The position numbers were made by a program, and so were the translations under genes. DNA of 64,000 bases from Tubiluchus corallicola (Eukaryota; Animalia; Priapulida), in contig JAQGDQ010000149.1 of NCBI GenBank assembly GCA_030141605.1, positions 232,102 to 296,101 of the forward strand, read 5' to 3'. Positions 12,939 to 27,100 of this stretch are shown piece after piece. Below the pieces are notes generated by a model. That model did no database searches, had not been told where the DNA came from, and worked only from the letters and a program-made list of their open reading frames with translations. The stretch's first letter is position 1. Every line of letters begins with the position of its first letter.

Positions 12939-14115
12939 CAGTAGTCTGATTTTCCTCCTTTGGGCTGGGCTTGCCTTAAAAAAATCGTAGTTTATTGTAT
13001 GTTTTCACGGCGCTGTTTGCTGCACTGCTTGTTCAATTACGATATGAAAGAGAAACAAGCGTTTTAATCCTTATGAAGATTGCAGAAGCTTTCCTATATC
13101 CTAACTTTAGCATCCTATAATCTGTTATTATCAGTTATAATCGGCTATAATCTTGATGCTGCCACTGTATCTTGGCAGAGAGTTACAATATAAAATGACC
13201 ATTCTTAATGGCTGTTGTGAAGCTTTTCGACGTTAATCAGTGTAAAAAGAGCTGTCTTATATTTGGCTCATCAACATATTGAATCCATTAATTGCGGTAG
13301 GATTTGCTCGCTTGCAGTATATCCTGTGATACATTGGTTTCATCAGGAATCCTCGTGAGTACTCGTCAGGAAACCTGGATCCCTCCTATTTAGCGGACAT
13401 TTTAACTAAGAGCGGGAAGATGAGCCGGAACTAGATAGTACTCCGAAGCAAGGTTATTAGCTTTGAAATCACCAAAACAGATCCTGTACGAAGTGTGTTG
13501 TGCTTGGACGAATTTTACTTCTGCTGGGTGTACTTGATTTTGACCGAGTCTCAACATTGTACAGAGAGTCTGTAAATGTGCAATCTACACACGCCCTTGC
13601 TTGTGGAACTTGAGAAGTGAGATGCTTGTTATTCTAGCTGTGTTGTTCTTGCGGGTTTGACTGCAACTGCCGGCTTCGTTATCACTGCAGTCGCTCGTCG
13701 TAAAAGAACTGCGTTAACACACTTTTGCAGTTTTTTCACAGAAGGTGGAACCGAGCAGCCCATCCTTGTTTGCATGCTTGCCTTCGCACTGTGAATTATT
13801 TTAAGTTTCCAGAAGTTTCATATTTGCCGGACTGCTGTTTCTTACTGTGCTAAGCAAATACGTGCTCTTGTGCAAACGTGGACGAGGATTGTCTCGGCTA
13901 GCTTGCTTTTTACTCGTAACATTGCAGTTTAATTGAACTGTCCAAATTATACTGACTGAACGCTGCAGCAGTGATTAGACACGGCTGCCCGTTATTTGGT
14001 TTTCTGGTTGATACTTTCAGTATTCATTCATCGAAGTTGTTTTTAAATCGCTAAAGCAAAACATTTAAAGTAACACAGTAGCCTTTCAGCACCTGATTGA
14101 CTAAGCACACGAAAC

Positions 14116-14154
14116 ATGCCTCTTCAATCTAACGATGTAATGTCTATCACTGGG
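14116..14154 (+). CDS. Candidate alternative first coding exon (MPLQSNDVMSITG)
   Basis: aaacATG context; consensus GGG|gtgagt donor in phase 0; follows about 0.8 kb of relatively GC-richer, UTR-like sequence. Confidence 0.5.
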
Positions 14155-16470
14155 GTGAGTAGGTGGTGTGCTATTTACCATTTCTAAAAAGCACTCGAAA
14201 GCGTGTCTTTAGACTAGGAAAACCAACCTTTGCCGTTTTATTGTTTTAATTTGTACCATTACTCTATGCTTTACTCTATAATAATAAGCCAATTAATGAG
14301 AAATCGAACATAGATATTTTAGGATGTTGGATCGTGTTCAGAGCACGGACAGCTAGCATCTTTGGAAACGTCCTTATAAACTAAATGAGTTGCCTGCCAA
14401 CCAAGGAGTGCTTTTAAAATAAGGCTTTTCGGGGGATTCGCAAAGCATTTTCTTTGCCAGAACATCAGCATTGTGGAATTGACAGCTACGTGATGCGTTT
14501 AACGAGTTGCGGAATTACACAAAGTGACTATTAAAACATTTTATGTTTCTTGCAGACACAGCAGAAACTCGCGTACGGGTTTTGATGTTCATTTGTACGT
14601 CAGCTTGTAGTGATCGAGGTATTATACAACTGACACATGTTGCTGTTTGCTGGTTTAATTAATTATCGGCGTAGTGTAGCGCCTTGGAATCAACTCCCGC
14701 CGCGAATCTGCATTTACTGAGCTTTAAAGCCCGTGATATGACGTTCACCCTATCAGGACTATTTTTAAAGAAAGATAAGACCTTTGTGTTGATTCCGCGC
14801 CCCTTTCTAGCAGCAATTTCAGCTGTTTCAACACGACATGTTTATTTTACTCTAGTTGATGAAATATGAATGTCGTATACAGCGTACTGTAGATAACAGT
14901 TAAAACAATGTAAGATCTGAGAGAAAATTAAATTTAAAGTAAAAACAACAGTAATTTAAAGAAATTTCAAGTAGAGCATTGTCTATGTGCCAATAAATAT
15001 TTTGATAACTTCTGTATATCTTCTGTGCGATACGTGTGGATTCGCCCCTTTTTATGATCACGCGGCGTGCATGAGCTTGATTTGAGGATACCGCGCTTCT
15101 TTATGGGTGTGTTATCGTTATGAATCTTTTATTCGTATGAAATTCTATGCAGCAGTGCGATTTTAGTACATATAATTAATATAATAACTAATAATTTTTA
15201 GCAATTAAAAAAGATGATGAAATCAGTACACACATATTATTAAAAATTTAATGTGGACGTTAGTCTCGAAATTTCTTACCAAGTCTAATGTCAAATGCGT
15301 ATTATGCAATAAAAGAAATTTAAGATTCCACAGGTACATTTAACATCCCTTCATTTAATATTAAATACTTTAGTTAGGATTACAAAGGTTTATCGGTTGT
15401 TTGATCTATTGAAGTTGATAATTGAAACAGACGTTAATTTTTGGTTGACCTCGTTTTAAATAAGGAGCAAATAAATTATACGCATTATACCCATATACCG
15501 TTTCTACTAATACGCTACTTTTGTAAATATTGTAAATATCTTACTAAACACTAGTCTAAAAAATACGTAGATTTTAGTCGAGTGATAGCACAGGATTCTG
15601 AAAGCAAGTTATTGAACGTTTGAGTTCTTTTCAACCGAGGCCCTTCGTGTTCGCACTCTGCGGGTCATTAGCTATACCTCAGCACCACAGACATTTAATA
15701 CTTCTTGCTAATTCGTTGCTTAAAATAGCTGTAATGCTCTGTCAGGATATTTAGACTAAGTTTGCAGGCTTTACTAGTTTAGCTTTGTAAGTAGGGAGCC
15801 GCCAGAATGGCTTCAGATTTTGCCAAGTTGTGGTTTCTCTTTGCCGGTCATCACACATTTCCTCTTGTCACTTACGGCGCTTCGCTTTCATTTGCCCTTT
15901 CCGAAAGTTTAGAGTATTTCCGTGTTGCATTCGATAATTCATGGTATCTTTCTTTTGTAGTTAAACTAATTATACTAGAAAGTAGTATCTGGGTGACCCT
16001 AAATTTCAACTATCACCGATGTGCAATTGTTCCAGAACACTTAAAAATTAATACAGAACAATGAGCAGCAAAAGTTTATCCGTTTTTCGCCTTAAATTTG
16101 TTTACACGATTCTCTGGAAACACGCAAGAAATACGTTCTATGCGGTTTTTTGATTTTATTTTACTAATTTTGATCTGAAAATTACTTGCACTTTTTGGTG
16201 TTAATCGCTAACAGCCCTTTTTGTATGACGATATTAAAATGCACAAAATGTAGGGATTGCTTTGAGAACTGTTAATTTGGACCGTTAATGATTGGTCAGT
16301 CTTGGCGATGGAACATTGTCGGTTTTTTTATAAACAGACCTCGTTTACTTCTTAAGGTAAAATAGGTGTTTTGTGAGTTTTTTGTTTCGATATCGATTTT
16401 TAAGATAATTTGCCTTTGTTTGGCTGTTTAGGGTAAAAGAGCGGAAGGTGTGCCACACACAGTTTAAATA

Positions 16471-16537
16471 CCCTAACCCTAACCTGACCCTAATTCTATC
16501 CCTAATCTAACCCTAATCCTAACTCCAACCCTAATCC
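16471..16537. repeat. Degenerate interstitial (CCCTAA)n telomere-like tract
   Basis: ccctaaccctaacctgaccctaattctatccctaatctaaccctaatcctaactccaaccctaatcc. Confidence 0.8.
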
Positions 16538-16654
16538 GCTTCACGAACTAATTTCTTGCATGGGAAATTGTCAACTTTAGCCAAAAGTGCGATTGACGAA
16601 CTTTAGCTATGACTTGAAAAATCTGGCCTGATGTACAATATAAGCTGCTTTATA

Positions 16655-16750
16655 TAGGGCAATACTTTGTATAGTTGCCCCAGGGATGTGGACAACTATA
16701 GAATTGTCAGTTCCGTCTGTCTGACCGTCCAAATTTTCTCGACTCTGGTG
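16655..16750 (+). mobile_element. Possible Helentron-associated (DINE-1/HINE-like) element end
   Basis: Inverted repeat tatagttgccc (16670-16680) / ggacaactata (16690-16700) followed by a tccgtctgtctgaccgtcc microsatellite. Confidence 0.4.
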
Positions 16751-16754
16751 TATT

Positions 16755-19520
16755 GCCTCAACGCCCTAATGAAGTGAGCAACTGTAGAATTGTCGGTTCC
16801 TGCAGTTCGAAAACTGTAGCAACCTCTGTAGACCACGTATATACATCTGACATTCGCATATTGAAACAAATATTAAACTACTCAGACCACGACATTATAC
16901 TAACTATTGAGGAAGCAAAACCAAGTAATGAAGTCCATAACAGCACAACAGAGAAAATAGTGAATTACTTGCAATTCTAAGGAACTTCGATTGAAAAAAA
17001 TATATTTTGTTCAACAAAAGTAGACGGGCAAATAGATATCCTGACATATTGAACATGCACTTCAAGTTCATGCCACTGAAAAATATGTTAAAATTGACAC
17101 TAAACGAAAACTAACAGAAGCTAATTGATTCACTGATAATCCCAGAAAGAAAACAAGAAACAAAAATCTTGCCAAATCTTGACAGAAAATTACCTATATG
17201 AATAACAAAAGCGCAGTACTTTTTTATTAAATACAAAAGCCATGCAACAAATACAATAATTGCAAGTTGTAACACTGAAAAGTGAGTACCAAAGGAATCA
17301 ATGCAAAAATGCTAAAAATTCACAGGACAAATGGAAGATAATTAATGAAGTTATTATCAGGTGCAAAATTAAAAATCAATATAGTATTATAGTATTAATT
17401 AACAACCATGAATGGCAGAACAATTAACATTCACCATGAAATGGCTAGTCTACTGAATGAAACATGTAGATTTGGGTAATTTTTCAGGCCCAACTCCAAA
17501 GGAAAAGTGTTCAAAGATTTTTGGGAACTTAAAAAAATCAACATATTTTCAACTTTAAAAGGATCACAATCACAGAGGTAATTAATGTAATTCGATCTTT
17601 GAATGTCAGGTAATCTAAATGTCCCTCCAATATTCCACTCCATATTTTTGAAATAGCTGTAGAAATAGCACCCCACTTAACATGTATTGATAACATGTAT
17701 AAATGATATTAAGGTCATGGTTTCTCATCATATGTAAATTAGCTCATGTATTAACTGTTTATAATAAAAAAGGAAGCAAAGATGATCCACAAAATGATAG
17801 ACCATTATCTATTATCCACTGCTTAGCTGGAAAAGTTTGAAATTTTTATACAACCAAGTAAACGACTATTTAGACAATGTGAACTCCTACATAAACATCA
17901 GTATGGCTTTAGAAAAGGTTATTCAAATCTTGATGTAATAATTAATGCCACGGAGATATAGAGATCAAAACTAGATAAGGGCAGTATGTGGCTTTAGCTT
18001 TGTGGATCTAAGCAAAACCATCGACATCTTCGACCATGAATTGCTAGCTAATAAACTCATGCAAATACGCTTTGACAAACATTCCCAAAAACTAATTAAG
18101 AACTATTTGCAAAATCGACAGGAACACGTAAAATTCGACTCAAGTACTTTTTCAGATTTCAGTACTTTCAAAAGTCAAGAAAGTTGTCCCGATGTCCCAC
18201 ACGGGTCTATTCTAGGTCCACTATTATCTTTGCCTCTATGTTAACGGCGTGATATAAAATACTGGGCAATTATGTAATGTACTGATGATACCAGTTTATC
18301 CTCATCAACATTTCAGAAGCATTAGGCGTTGAGAAACTTGAAAAAGACTTAAAAATATTCAACAAGCATATGATTGCCATAAACTCACAATGTACGAGAA
18401 GAAAACTGAATTTATGGTTCAAAAGCCTTATCAGTCGATAGCTAATAATACTAATAACGCAAGCGCTAGATACTATTAACGAGGACAACGGAACGTAAAA
18501 TCGATATTAACGGAGAAATTATTACAGAAAAAACAAGCATACGATTTTTAGGTGTCACTGTCGACATTAAATTAAAATGGGATAAACATCTTGAATGCAA
18601 AATGGCAGCAAGTATAAGCTATCTGAGACAAGTTAAAGGCCAATTTAAATACAAAACTATTTATATACAAAATATTGATGTTGCCTTGCTACACATCTAC
18701 TTGCATACCATACAACTACGCTGAGGCGTACCACCTAAACAAAATAAATATTTTGAAAAACTATGCATTAACACTACTCACAGCAAGTAACAGTGAAACA
18801 GCAAACAGAAATTTAAAAAAAATGGCACAAAGTTAGCCAATCTGGGAAAAATTAAACGTGCCAGTTATTCTCTCATATACACAATTTTGCACTGTGGCCT
18901 TTTTGTACAAATACATTCATAATATTAGTATACCATTGAAGACCAGTAGAACTCCTTTTCTTACTAAAACACCAGAACTGTGAACGTAAAGCAAGTGTCA
19001 ACAAATGACAAATACGGCCATGAAAGTATAATTAAAACTGTCATAAGCTTGTGGAATCTACAGACACTACAAGATAAACTATTATCTGTACACCGGCAAA
19101 CTACAAGAAAAGTCCAATTGATACGATTTTGGCAAATCATCAAATATGGAATTTATTTTCAATAATCAACAAGCATCATTTTAATATCTTTTTTATGCTT
19201 TTATTTGCCTTGATTTTTCTGATTATGTTAGCCATTATGTGTCTGATTACTATGTACGTTATATGTGTTTTGAACATGTTAATTGTTGTCTTAGAATAAT
19301 TTGATGCTATCGTTAATTGTCAGCCCAGTCAGAACTGCGTCTGACTGCATGTTTGATGCTAGCTGATGCTGTTTCCATCCATGGGCGCAATAATTATATC
19401 AATTGTATATATTGTGTATATGCAATGTATTTGTGTATATTATGTCAATATTGTGTATATGCAATGTATATATCAAGCAGTGCACCCCTGTGTAAGTATT
19501 TCTTTAATGTTGGTTAATAA
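16755..19520 (+). mobile_element. Highly decayed CR1/L2-group LINE (APE endonuclease end, RT, 3' UTR)
   Basis: DHVYT...SDH (APE), RPLSI, HQYGFRKG, DLSKTIDIFDHELL, VPHGSILGPLL, YTDDT, FLGVTVDIKLKWDKHL in correct order with many stops and frameshifts; TG/TA-rich 3' region and AATAAA near 19516. Ends approximate. Confidence 0.9.
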
Positions 19521-22500
19521 AGATATTATGTATTTATCTACATTTTGCGGTAGTCTCCAAGTACTTTGTTCAATTTAAACTCGTGCGATGTGAAGGTGCC
19601 CTGTCGCAGCCTTCGAGTGCGTCTATATCTGAATTTAGATCTTTGTTTAAAGTTAAACTAAACCATCAGTATAATGTAAGCTTTTGCAACCCAAAATCTT
19701 ACTCTTATTACAAATATTCAGTTTATTTTATTATAAAGTATTTCTTTACGCGTGAGTATAGCATGTAACTTTCAATCGCCCTTTAGCATTCATGATTTTA
19801 AACCCTGGCTCACCTTGCTCAAAAAATCGCGTTGCACATTCGAAATTCGCTAGAAAAACGTACGTTATTTAATTTATCTGTTCATTTTATAGAAAGTGAA
19901 CTACAAATTCTTTTTTAATCATAATAATACGGTAAAAAACTTCAATGTCTGTTGGGGGTATATAGGGTTTTAAAGTTTTAAATCCACGCGCATTGCACCT
20001 CGGACGTGTATAAAGTTTTGTCCCTTAAAGATTAACCTTTCAGTTATGTCTGTATTGAGTTCTAACCTCAACTAACCGGATGCTTTATACGACGGTAGTT
20101 GCTTTTTTCACACAGATTTAGTATCAATGCAGAAAATACATCTTTGCTGTAGTCTGAAAGTATGTCAATCGTATTGGAGCAATAATATTAGGTCTCCAGG
20201 AGGCATTCTAGTTTTTTTATTAATAGAAACTTATATAACTGTTGTGATGGAAGTTTGCCCTTATAAGGAGTATCGTACAGCTGTTGCAGGCTTGCAGCTG
20301 TACTGTACAAGTAAACAATCATAAGAATTACAACTTCTAAACCTAGTATAAACGATTTAATCCTATTTGTCGAAGTGTTCTCAACAACCTCAGAATGGAG
20401 CTTTCAGTTTTTAACTTGGCTTCGCTGCGTATTGACAGACAGCCAGGTGCTTCTAGTACTGCTGTTACTCATATAGGGAAGCCTAGCCGATGATATCACC
20501 AGCATCAGCACCAGATGTAGTAATCGTATCTGCCTTGCTGCTATTAATACTGGCGGTATTTCTCATTAGCTCTGACAGATGGATACAAACCTAACTTTAT
20601 TATGACCATTATGAAGCATGTTTATGTATAAGGCGATGAACGAGTTAACAGAGTTAAAGATAATAACCAGCTAAAAACGATAAACAAGTTGATTTAAATC
20701 ATTTTTCAGGTTTAGTAAATTTAGTTGTACGATTGTCAGATACATCGAGTGTTTTCTACTAAGATGATACAAACTTGAAATTCATTAACAGCTAAAAGGC
20801 TGTAACTGTTTATTATGTATGTGCGCAAACACGTATTCTTCGCCCTAAGATGGTTAACCTAGACCTTCGGATTACTCAGATGAATACACTAGTTCTTAAA
20901 GCACAAATACTTTAAACAGGCCACATTTTGAGCAATCATAATAAGCCCATTAAACATTATTAAACAACCATTAACCCTTTGAGTGAACTGTCTGAACAAA
21001 CAGTTTCAGCTTTTAAACATACCCTTGGCTGTTTTACCATTTGTAGTAAACAGTCTTAGCGCAACTGGAGTAAATTACCTGTGTAACAATATTTGTCAAC
21101 TTTAGAGTAAGTTCTCTCTCCCCCCTCCACGGGTAAACCATCTGACTACATACAGTGAACGGTAATGCGGAGACCGTCTGCGTAAACCTTTGAATCAGTC
21201 TTTTTGAACCTTTGCATGAGCCTTTATAACCTCATTAAACTCGAAGAAATCGAGAAAAACTAATAGAACTAAACTAACAGGCAACTTTTACAATAACTGT
21301 CTTAGTAAACCATCAACCATCTTTTCGATGAACCATTATCAAATGAGTAAACCATTTGAGAGAAGGGCGTCAGTTATCTGATCACATCACGCGTATGCAA
21401 ACTGCTTGGTTAACAGTTTTAACTAAACTTTTGCAAATTGTTGGCAACTCGAACGACCTTTTTCTACATGAATAAAGTCGTTATTTTTCATGGTAAAATT
21501 AGTTATAAATTTGTGTAAATACACGCCATAACTGATAAACAGAGAGACATTACAAAGTAGAGGTTTTTGGAATACTAATTTAATGGCTAAAAAATTGGCT
21601 ATACACATTCTTGCAAGCAAGATATATTAATCACCGTCAAGGATCAACGAGAAGTTTTTGCACATGTATTACTGTTTTGTATAAACGCTGCTGCATGTCT
21701 GCGTGTTCCTGCAGTCAATTCTAAATCTCGGAAGCCTGTCTGATGTCTGTATGCAATGGCTTCGTGTTACTTTACCATTACCTCGTGGAAAAAGTATATC
21801 ATGTCATGACGTGTAGCTTTTGTTTCAATCAAGCACTAAACATGTTCAATTAACTCATGTCTAATCTTCTATGTGAGATCCCGAATTAGATTCTCGTTCT
21901 TCTTAGTAAGCTGTCATATAGGGATAGTCGATCTGTTATCATCTGCTTGGAAGATAGTGGCGAGGCGCAAATTACAACAAACGCATTTTGTAAATTTTTA
22001 ATCATGTGCACTGTGATGATTCATGTTTCAGCCGTGAGTTAACTGTCACTGTAAGCAGTTGAAGCTGTTGTGATTAAAAAACCGTTTAACTGATTGTTAT
22101 TAAAAATAGTATTAACAACTCACTTGATAAACTTGTGCAGTATAATGAAGCGTTGTTTTGACAATATTTCACATAGGGTCATTGATGTATCGGATTCATA
22201 TGAGCAGGTTTTAGGCTGCCTGAGTACCATGAGATTTTTTTCCAATATTAGCTTCACATTTTGACAATTGTACATTGCGGTGTAAATACACAAAAGAGTA
22301 AAAATATGACTTCGTGCAGAGCTGTTAAGCTGCTTACACTAGGCCGAGCAGACGAGTACTTCCCATTCAAACATTTTAACCAAGGGCTAACTTGATTACT
22401 AATTATACTAATTATTGCCAAGTTATACTAATTACTTCCCCAGGTACCATATACAGTAAAGTTCATTACAGCCGTTGTATCTCAGGGTATTCTAGAATAC

Positions 22501-23363
22501 GAACCGCATTTTAGTGTTATAAAAGCGATCAATTAAAATCTTTAAAATCATATATCTCTGTTTAGAAGAACCGTGCAAAAAAGGCCTTGTTATGCCTATA
22601 TCACGGCTACACTGCAAAATTGTATCTTGAATTTTAGTCAGTTAATATCAGAAGTTTAAAATAATTGTTTCTAATTTTCCTATTATTCCTTTTTTCTGTT
22701 TTTCCTATTTTTAACGACAATCCTCCTATCCCACTTTCTTAGTAGAATTCTAAACTATTTTAAAATCAACCTAGTAAGAAGTAGTAATATTAAAGGTTGC
22801 ATTCTGTTAATCAGTTCAAGGGAGAACCACCGAACGGCATGACCACTGTACTGACAAAGCAAAAGTGGGCATCAGCAAAGCTTTTAATCAACTGTGAGCT
22901 TTTCAACAAATTTAACCTTCCGCCATAAAGAGCGCAGACCATGCTTTAAATCTTGTGTAAGCCCTTTAAGCATATGATGCTGTTAGCTTCTCTTTATTGA
23001 ATTCGCTTCATTAACTGCAATTGGGCAACGGATCTTTTTTATCTAAAAAGTTTCGCAATTTTCAAAGGACAAACGGTCACAGAGAAGCAGCTAAAGTTAC
23101 TTAGATCTAGTGTAAGTATTAAAAAAATATTAGCTCCATGATCGTTTTCATCTGCGTGTTGTTTCATTGCCATTTTGTTTTCGTTGCCTGGTATGGCCAG
23201 CAGGGGTCGCCGGCTGTTCTGACCTTCATTTTGTTTGTTTATTATTAGAGCTGACGCGGATAGGCCTTCCAAGCTGTAAATACTAAATAAAGCTTGTACA
23301 TTTTGATAATCACTACGTCGCTATGTTAAATCTGTTTGCGACAACTTGTCTGAGGAGGTTTTT

Positions 23364-23667
23364 TGCGGGCTCGATAAACGCTGTTTTACCAACTTTGCCG
23401 CATACAGATTTTTATTAAACGCGCTTAATCTTCTGTCTTAGACAAACTCATCTTGCTGTCGTCTGTGGGCTCAGAGTAAAAATTTGTGCAAGACAAAAAA
23501 CAATGAAACGAAATTGTTTAGTCACGTGCCAATTAATAATTATTTACTGAATTTGTTACCCATGACACAGTTTGCTCAATATAAAAATTCACAGGCAAAT
23601 TTTGTTTGAGACGGTTTGCGTCAGACAATTTGCTGCAAACAGATGTTTTTATACTGTGTGCGACTAG
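23364..23667 (-). mobile_element. Non-autonomous DNA transposon relic, copy 1 (terminus resembles PIF/Harbinger MITEs)
   Basis: Aligns by eye over about 300 nt to the reverse complement of 40699-41010; ends in tgtgcgactag. Confidence 0.75.
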
Positions 23668-24105
23668 CATTATACTTCTTTGGATATTGTGTTCTGAAAG
23701 ACATGTTTTACCTGTAGTTTATTTTATTAGATCGAATTAAAATCTATGCTTGATCAGATTTATTTTTGTTCCTATCGATGTTTGTTCATTCGCCCTCATA
23801 GAAGGAAAACGGAGGTAGGCTGTATCAGAAGAAGCGTTGTAGGCAGTCGGTCAGCTATTTGCGTACCCGATTCGGTGCTGCTTAACTGTGGTAGCCAAGC
23901 ACGCACCATGACACTCAGTTATTCTCCTTGCCCAAACCAAAAAAAAAACGGGTTCCATCATTCCATTTATAGTCACAAATATGTTCTGTCGGAATCGTGA
24001 GGGTACCTATCCACGATTTATTTTTTCACAGTTTTTCACAGTAATAGCTGCAATTGATTTATTTGTAATGTTGCTAATCTTCTGTTTAACTTTTCCAAAT
24101 TACAG

Positions 24106-24191
24106 GGTTTACTCATAAAGGAAGTGGACGAAGGTCAAGCATGTTTACATTGCCAAGAAAAATGCCCAGGATTTACTCCACATAGTTTCCG
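24106..24191 (+). CDS. Lmpt: Core exon A: Cys-rich N-terminal module, first half (GLLIKEVDEGQACLHCQEKCPGFTPHSF-R)
   Basis: ttacag|GGT...TTC CG|gtgag; 86 nt, phase 0 to 2; CxxCxxxCPGFxxHxxRK motif as in Testin/LMCD1/LIMPETin N-termini. Confidence 0.9.
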
Positions 24192-27100
24192 GTGAGAATT
24201 ATTCTTCTTTATAGATTTGTGGAAAATATAGAGACTTGTTTATATATAAAGGTTGCTTATGAAACGGATATTGTTTTTGTTATAAAGAATATAAAAATTT
24301 TATAATGAATACTTTATGTGTAAGCAGAACACTGTCAATATGTATACTACCGTTTGTCTGTTAAAGTTCAGTTATACATTGAAACGTCATTTACAGTTTA
24401 GCATTATTGTCTAAAAATTAATGACAATATACACAATGACATTTTTGAATGAATTCACGTGTCTTGAACATATGACTTAGTTGGTGGTGCCATCTATCAG
24501 TTGATGTGGCACTAAGCCGACGTCTGAAGCCACCAAGCCCTTGCTTTGAAAGCAAGGCTACAGAGTCATGCATTGTCGTGTTTTGTTTCTTGCCCGGCGT
24601 GTAGGTGGCATTAATAACACTATTTGGTGAATTTTCGGTTGTACCGTCGTATTATTGCAATAACGCAAATTGCATTATGCGTAGTGCTCTGTTGCCAACT
24701 GATTTAAAATTCTTCGATGTATACCAAACAGTTAGTAGACTGTGGTAGCTATTATCTTTTGATGGACCAATGTGGAACCTTGAAATCTGGGTCGTCCGTT
24801 TCTTCTTTGACTTGTTCGTTTTTTTGTTCATCAGTTCAAACATTTAATTCGCATTATACCTGTGATCACAAAAATGCTTTTCCATTTTTAGTCTGTTAAC
24901 ATGTTTTGCAACATTAATATATCATAGGGTGTATGATATTTGTTTAAACAATCGACCGGTCAATCTAATAATGGTATAACTAATTTTGCTGTGTGCCTTT
25001 CATTAATATCCCAAGTGATACACCTTTTTAATGACTGGCGCTGTGTGTTTCAAAAAAGAAGATCCAGAACAACTGACTCTTGGAACCATTTTGAATCTTG
25101 TATTAAGAAGCGTAAGCACACACACAAAACTAGGAAAGGAGGAAAAAAGTTTTCAAAGTGTAAATCATTTAGATTTAAATAAACAAAACATTTTTGTTTT
25201 TAGCGTTCACACTGAGATTTCTCACAGAAAAACGCCTATATAGGACCACAGGCTGTTATTATTAACAATGGGCTATGTCCATTATGTCATGCTTTGTTTC
25301 TGCACTAACAAACACTGTAAGAGAACCTTCAACTGAGCATCCGTAATCTCAGCACCAGCAACGAGAATTTTGGCTCATTGCCAAAGCTATGTCTGTGGTA
25401 CGAGGCACTGAACCGGCACAAGTGCTTTAGAGACGTTCGGATCACTCTCTCTCTACGAGCTAAACACCCAGAATCAGTATGTCGAATGAAACAGCCCGTG
25501 GGAGTATCAAGTGATGCGATTATCCATCCGTTCATTTGCCAGCCTCGCAGCTACATGTATTTAAAACGTTGACAGCCAACAGCCAAACACATACCACGAT
25601 CACTCGGTTGTTTCTCGCCTCTTTTGGAATGACAAAGTCGTGTGTGTGTGTGTGAGTGCATGCGTGTGTGTGCATGTGCATGTGCACCCGCGTAATAAAT
25701 CCAAAATGTTGCCCAGAGAAAACCATCAACATAACCAGCGGAGCATGCACAACTAGTGACAGTGTGGCAGGCGTTCTTCCGTACATCTTACTTGAGTTGC
25801 ATCAGATACACAAATGTAATTTGGAAACATTTGATTGCATTTGTCAATTCTACAATGATGTTGGCCGATTTGATAGGCAGCTGACAAACTAGTACTACTC
25901 TATTCTGATTTGATCTGTGCAGGGTATTAGCACATCGACTCTCACTTTGTCTTTTTATTCAATGAAATAAATATTGTAAACTTAATTAGTATGAACTAGT
26001 TAGGCAGTAACTGCAAAAAGCTAATAAAGTAAGTAACATTATATGCTCTAAATTAGGCTTTAATTATTCATTCTAAACTTGGTGGAGAGAAGTAAAATAA
26101 AGTAGCAGTGAAAGTTAAATTTGCTTTGCTGCAGGAATCAGTTTGCCGTAGATTGCTGTCATCTTATAACTTGCGTAACTTCAGGTGATTATTATGTCAA
26201 GGTCAAACAGTAAATTTTATTTGTCTGTTTTATTTGTTTACTTTGTCGTAAGTGTTTATTGGTTCTTCTGAGATGCAAGTCTACCATGTGTGTAAGCTTC
26301 AGATGGTTTAATTAATGCGAACAGCTGGAATGCCATTGCGGTGAAATAGTTTTATTGTTGCCAGAATTAACGCATTTTCAAGTATTGGGTCTTACGACGT
26401 GTTCTCATATGCACAACAAATCAGAAGCCACATATAGAGCAAATCGAAAGCCAGAAGTTTGTATATGGGGTGTCCATTATATACTAAAAGCCTTTGATGT
26501 ACGCTTTGTCCAAACTTAATTCTGACCTAAAATAAAAAAATAAATTAAGTGTCCCGTTTTCAAGGTTTTAAATTTAAGCCGATTGTAACTGGAAATAAGC
26601 AATTAATTTCCACGACTAATTTTTCGCGCATTACAATATTTTCTTACGCTAATATATTGGCTTATTGGCCTATTGCGAACTTTCTGAGCTTCATTCAGTT
26701 CATTGCCAACAATGAGGTTTGTTTAACTGGCACAATCCATTTAGCATGTAAAATGAGAGAAAACTAGTCTGGCAACTAGTAGTCATCAGCGGGCAGGCAA
26801 TGACTGTACCAGAAGAAAAGTAGTTAGTTCCAATGTTGTTGGTACACTATTATTGACCGACTACGACTGACATAATCAAGGCATTGTGTTTATTACCACG
26901 ACCAAGGGGCAAACCTGTACCACGAGGGATTAATTGATTTACTGTCACTGAAATAGAGTTTCGTTTCGATAAATTGGCGTGTAATAGACCTTGATTGAAA
27001 CAGTTGAAGTTCGTGTATTAACTTAACACACGGCATTTTTCTAAAAATTAAGACAGTTTATACTTCTACAAAGTGTTATTTATTGATTATAGGACGTAGT

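Noticed and set aside
13341-13380. Imperfect hairpin with two CTGANGA motifs on the minus strand
   Set aside because: No stem II-GAAA arrangement; not a ribozyme pattern
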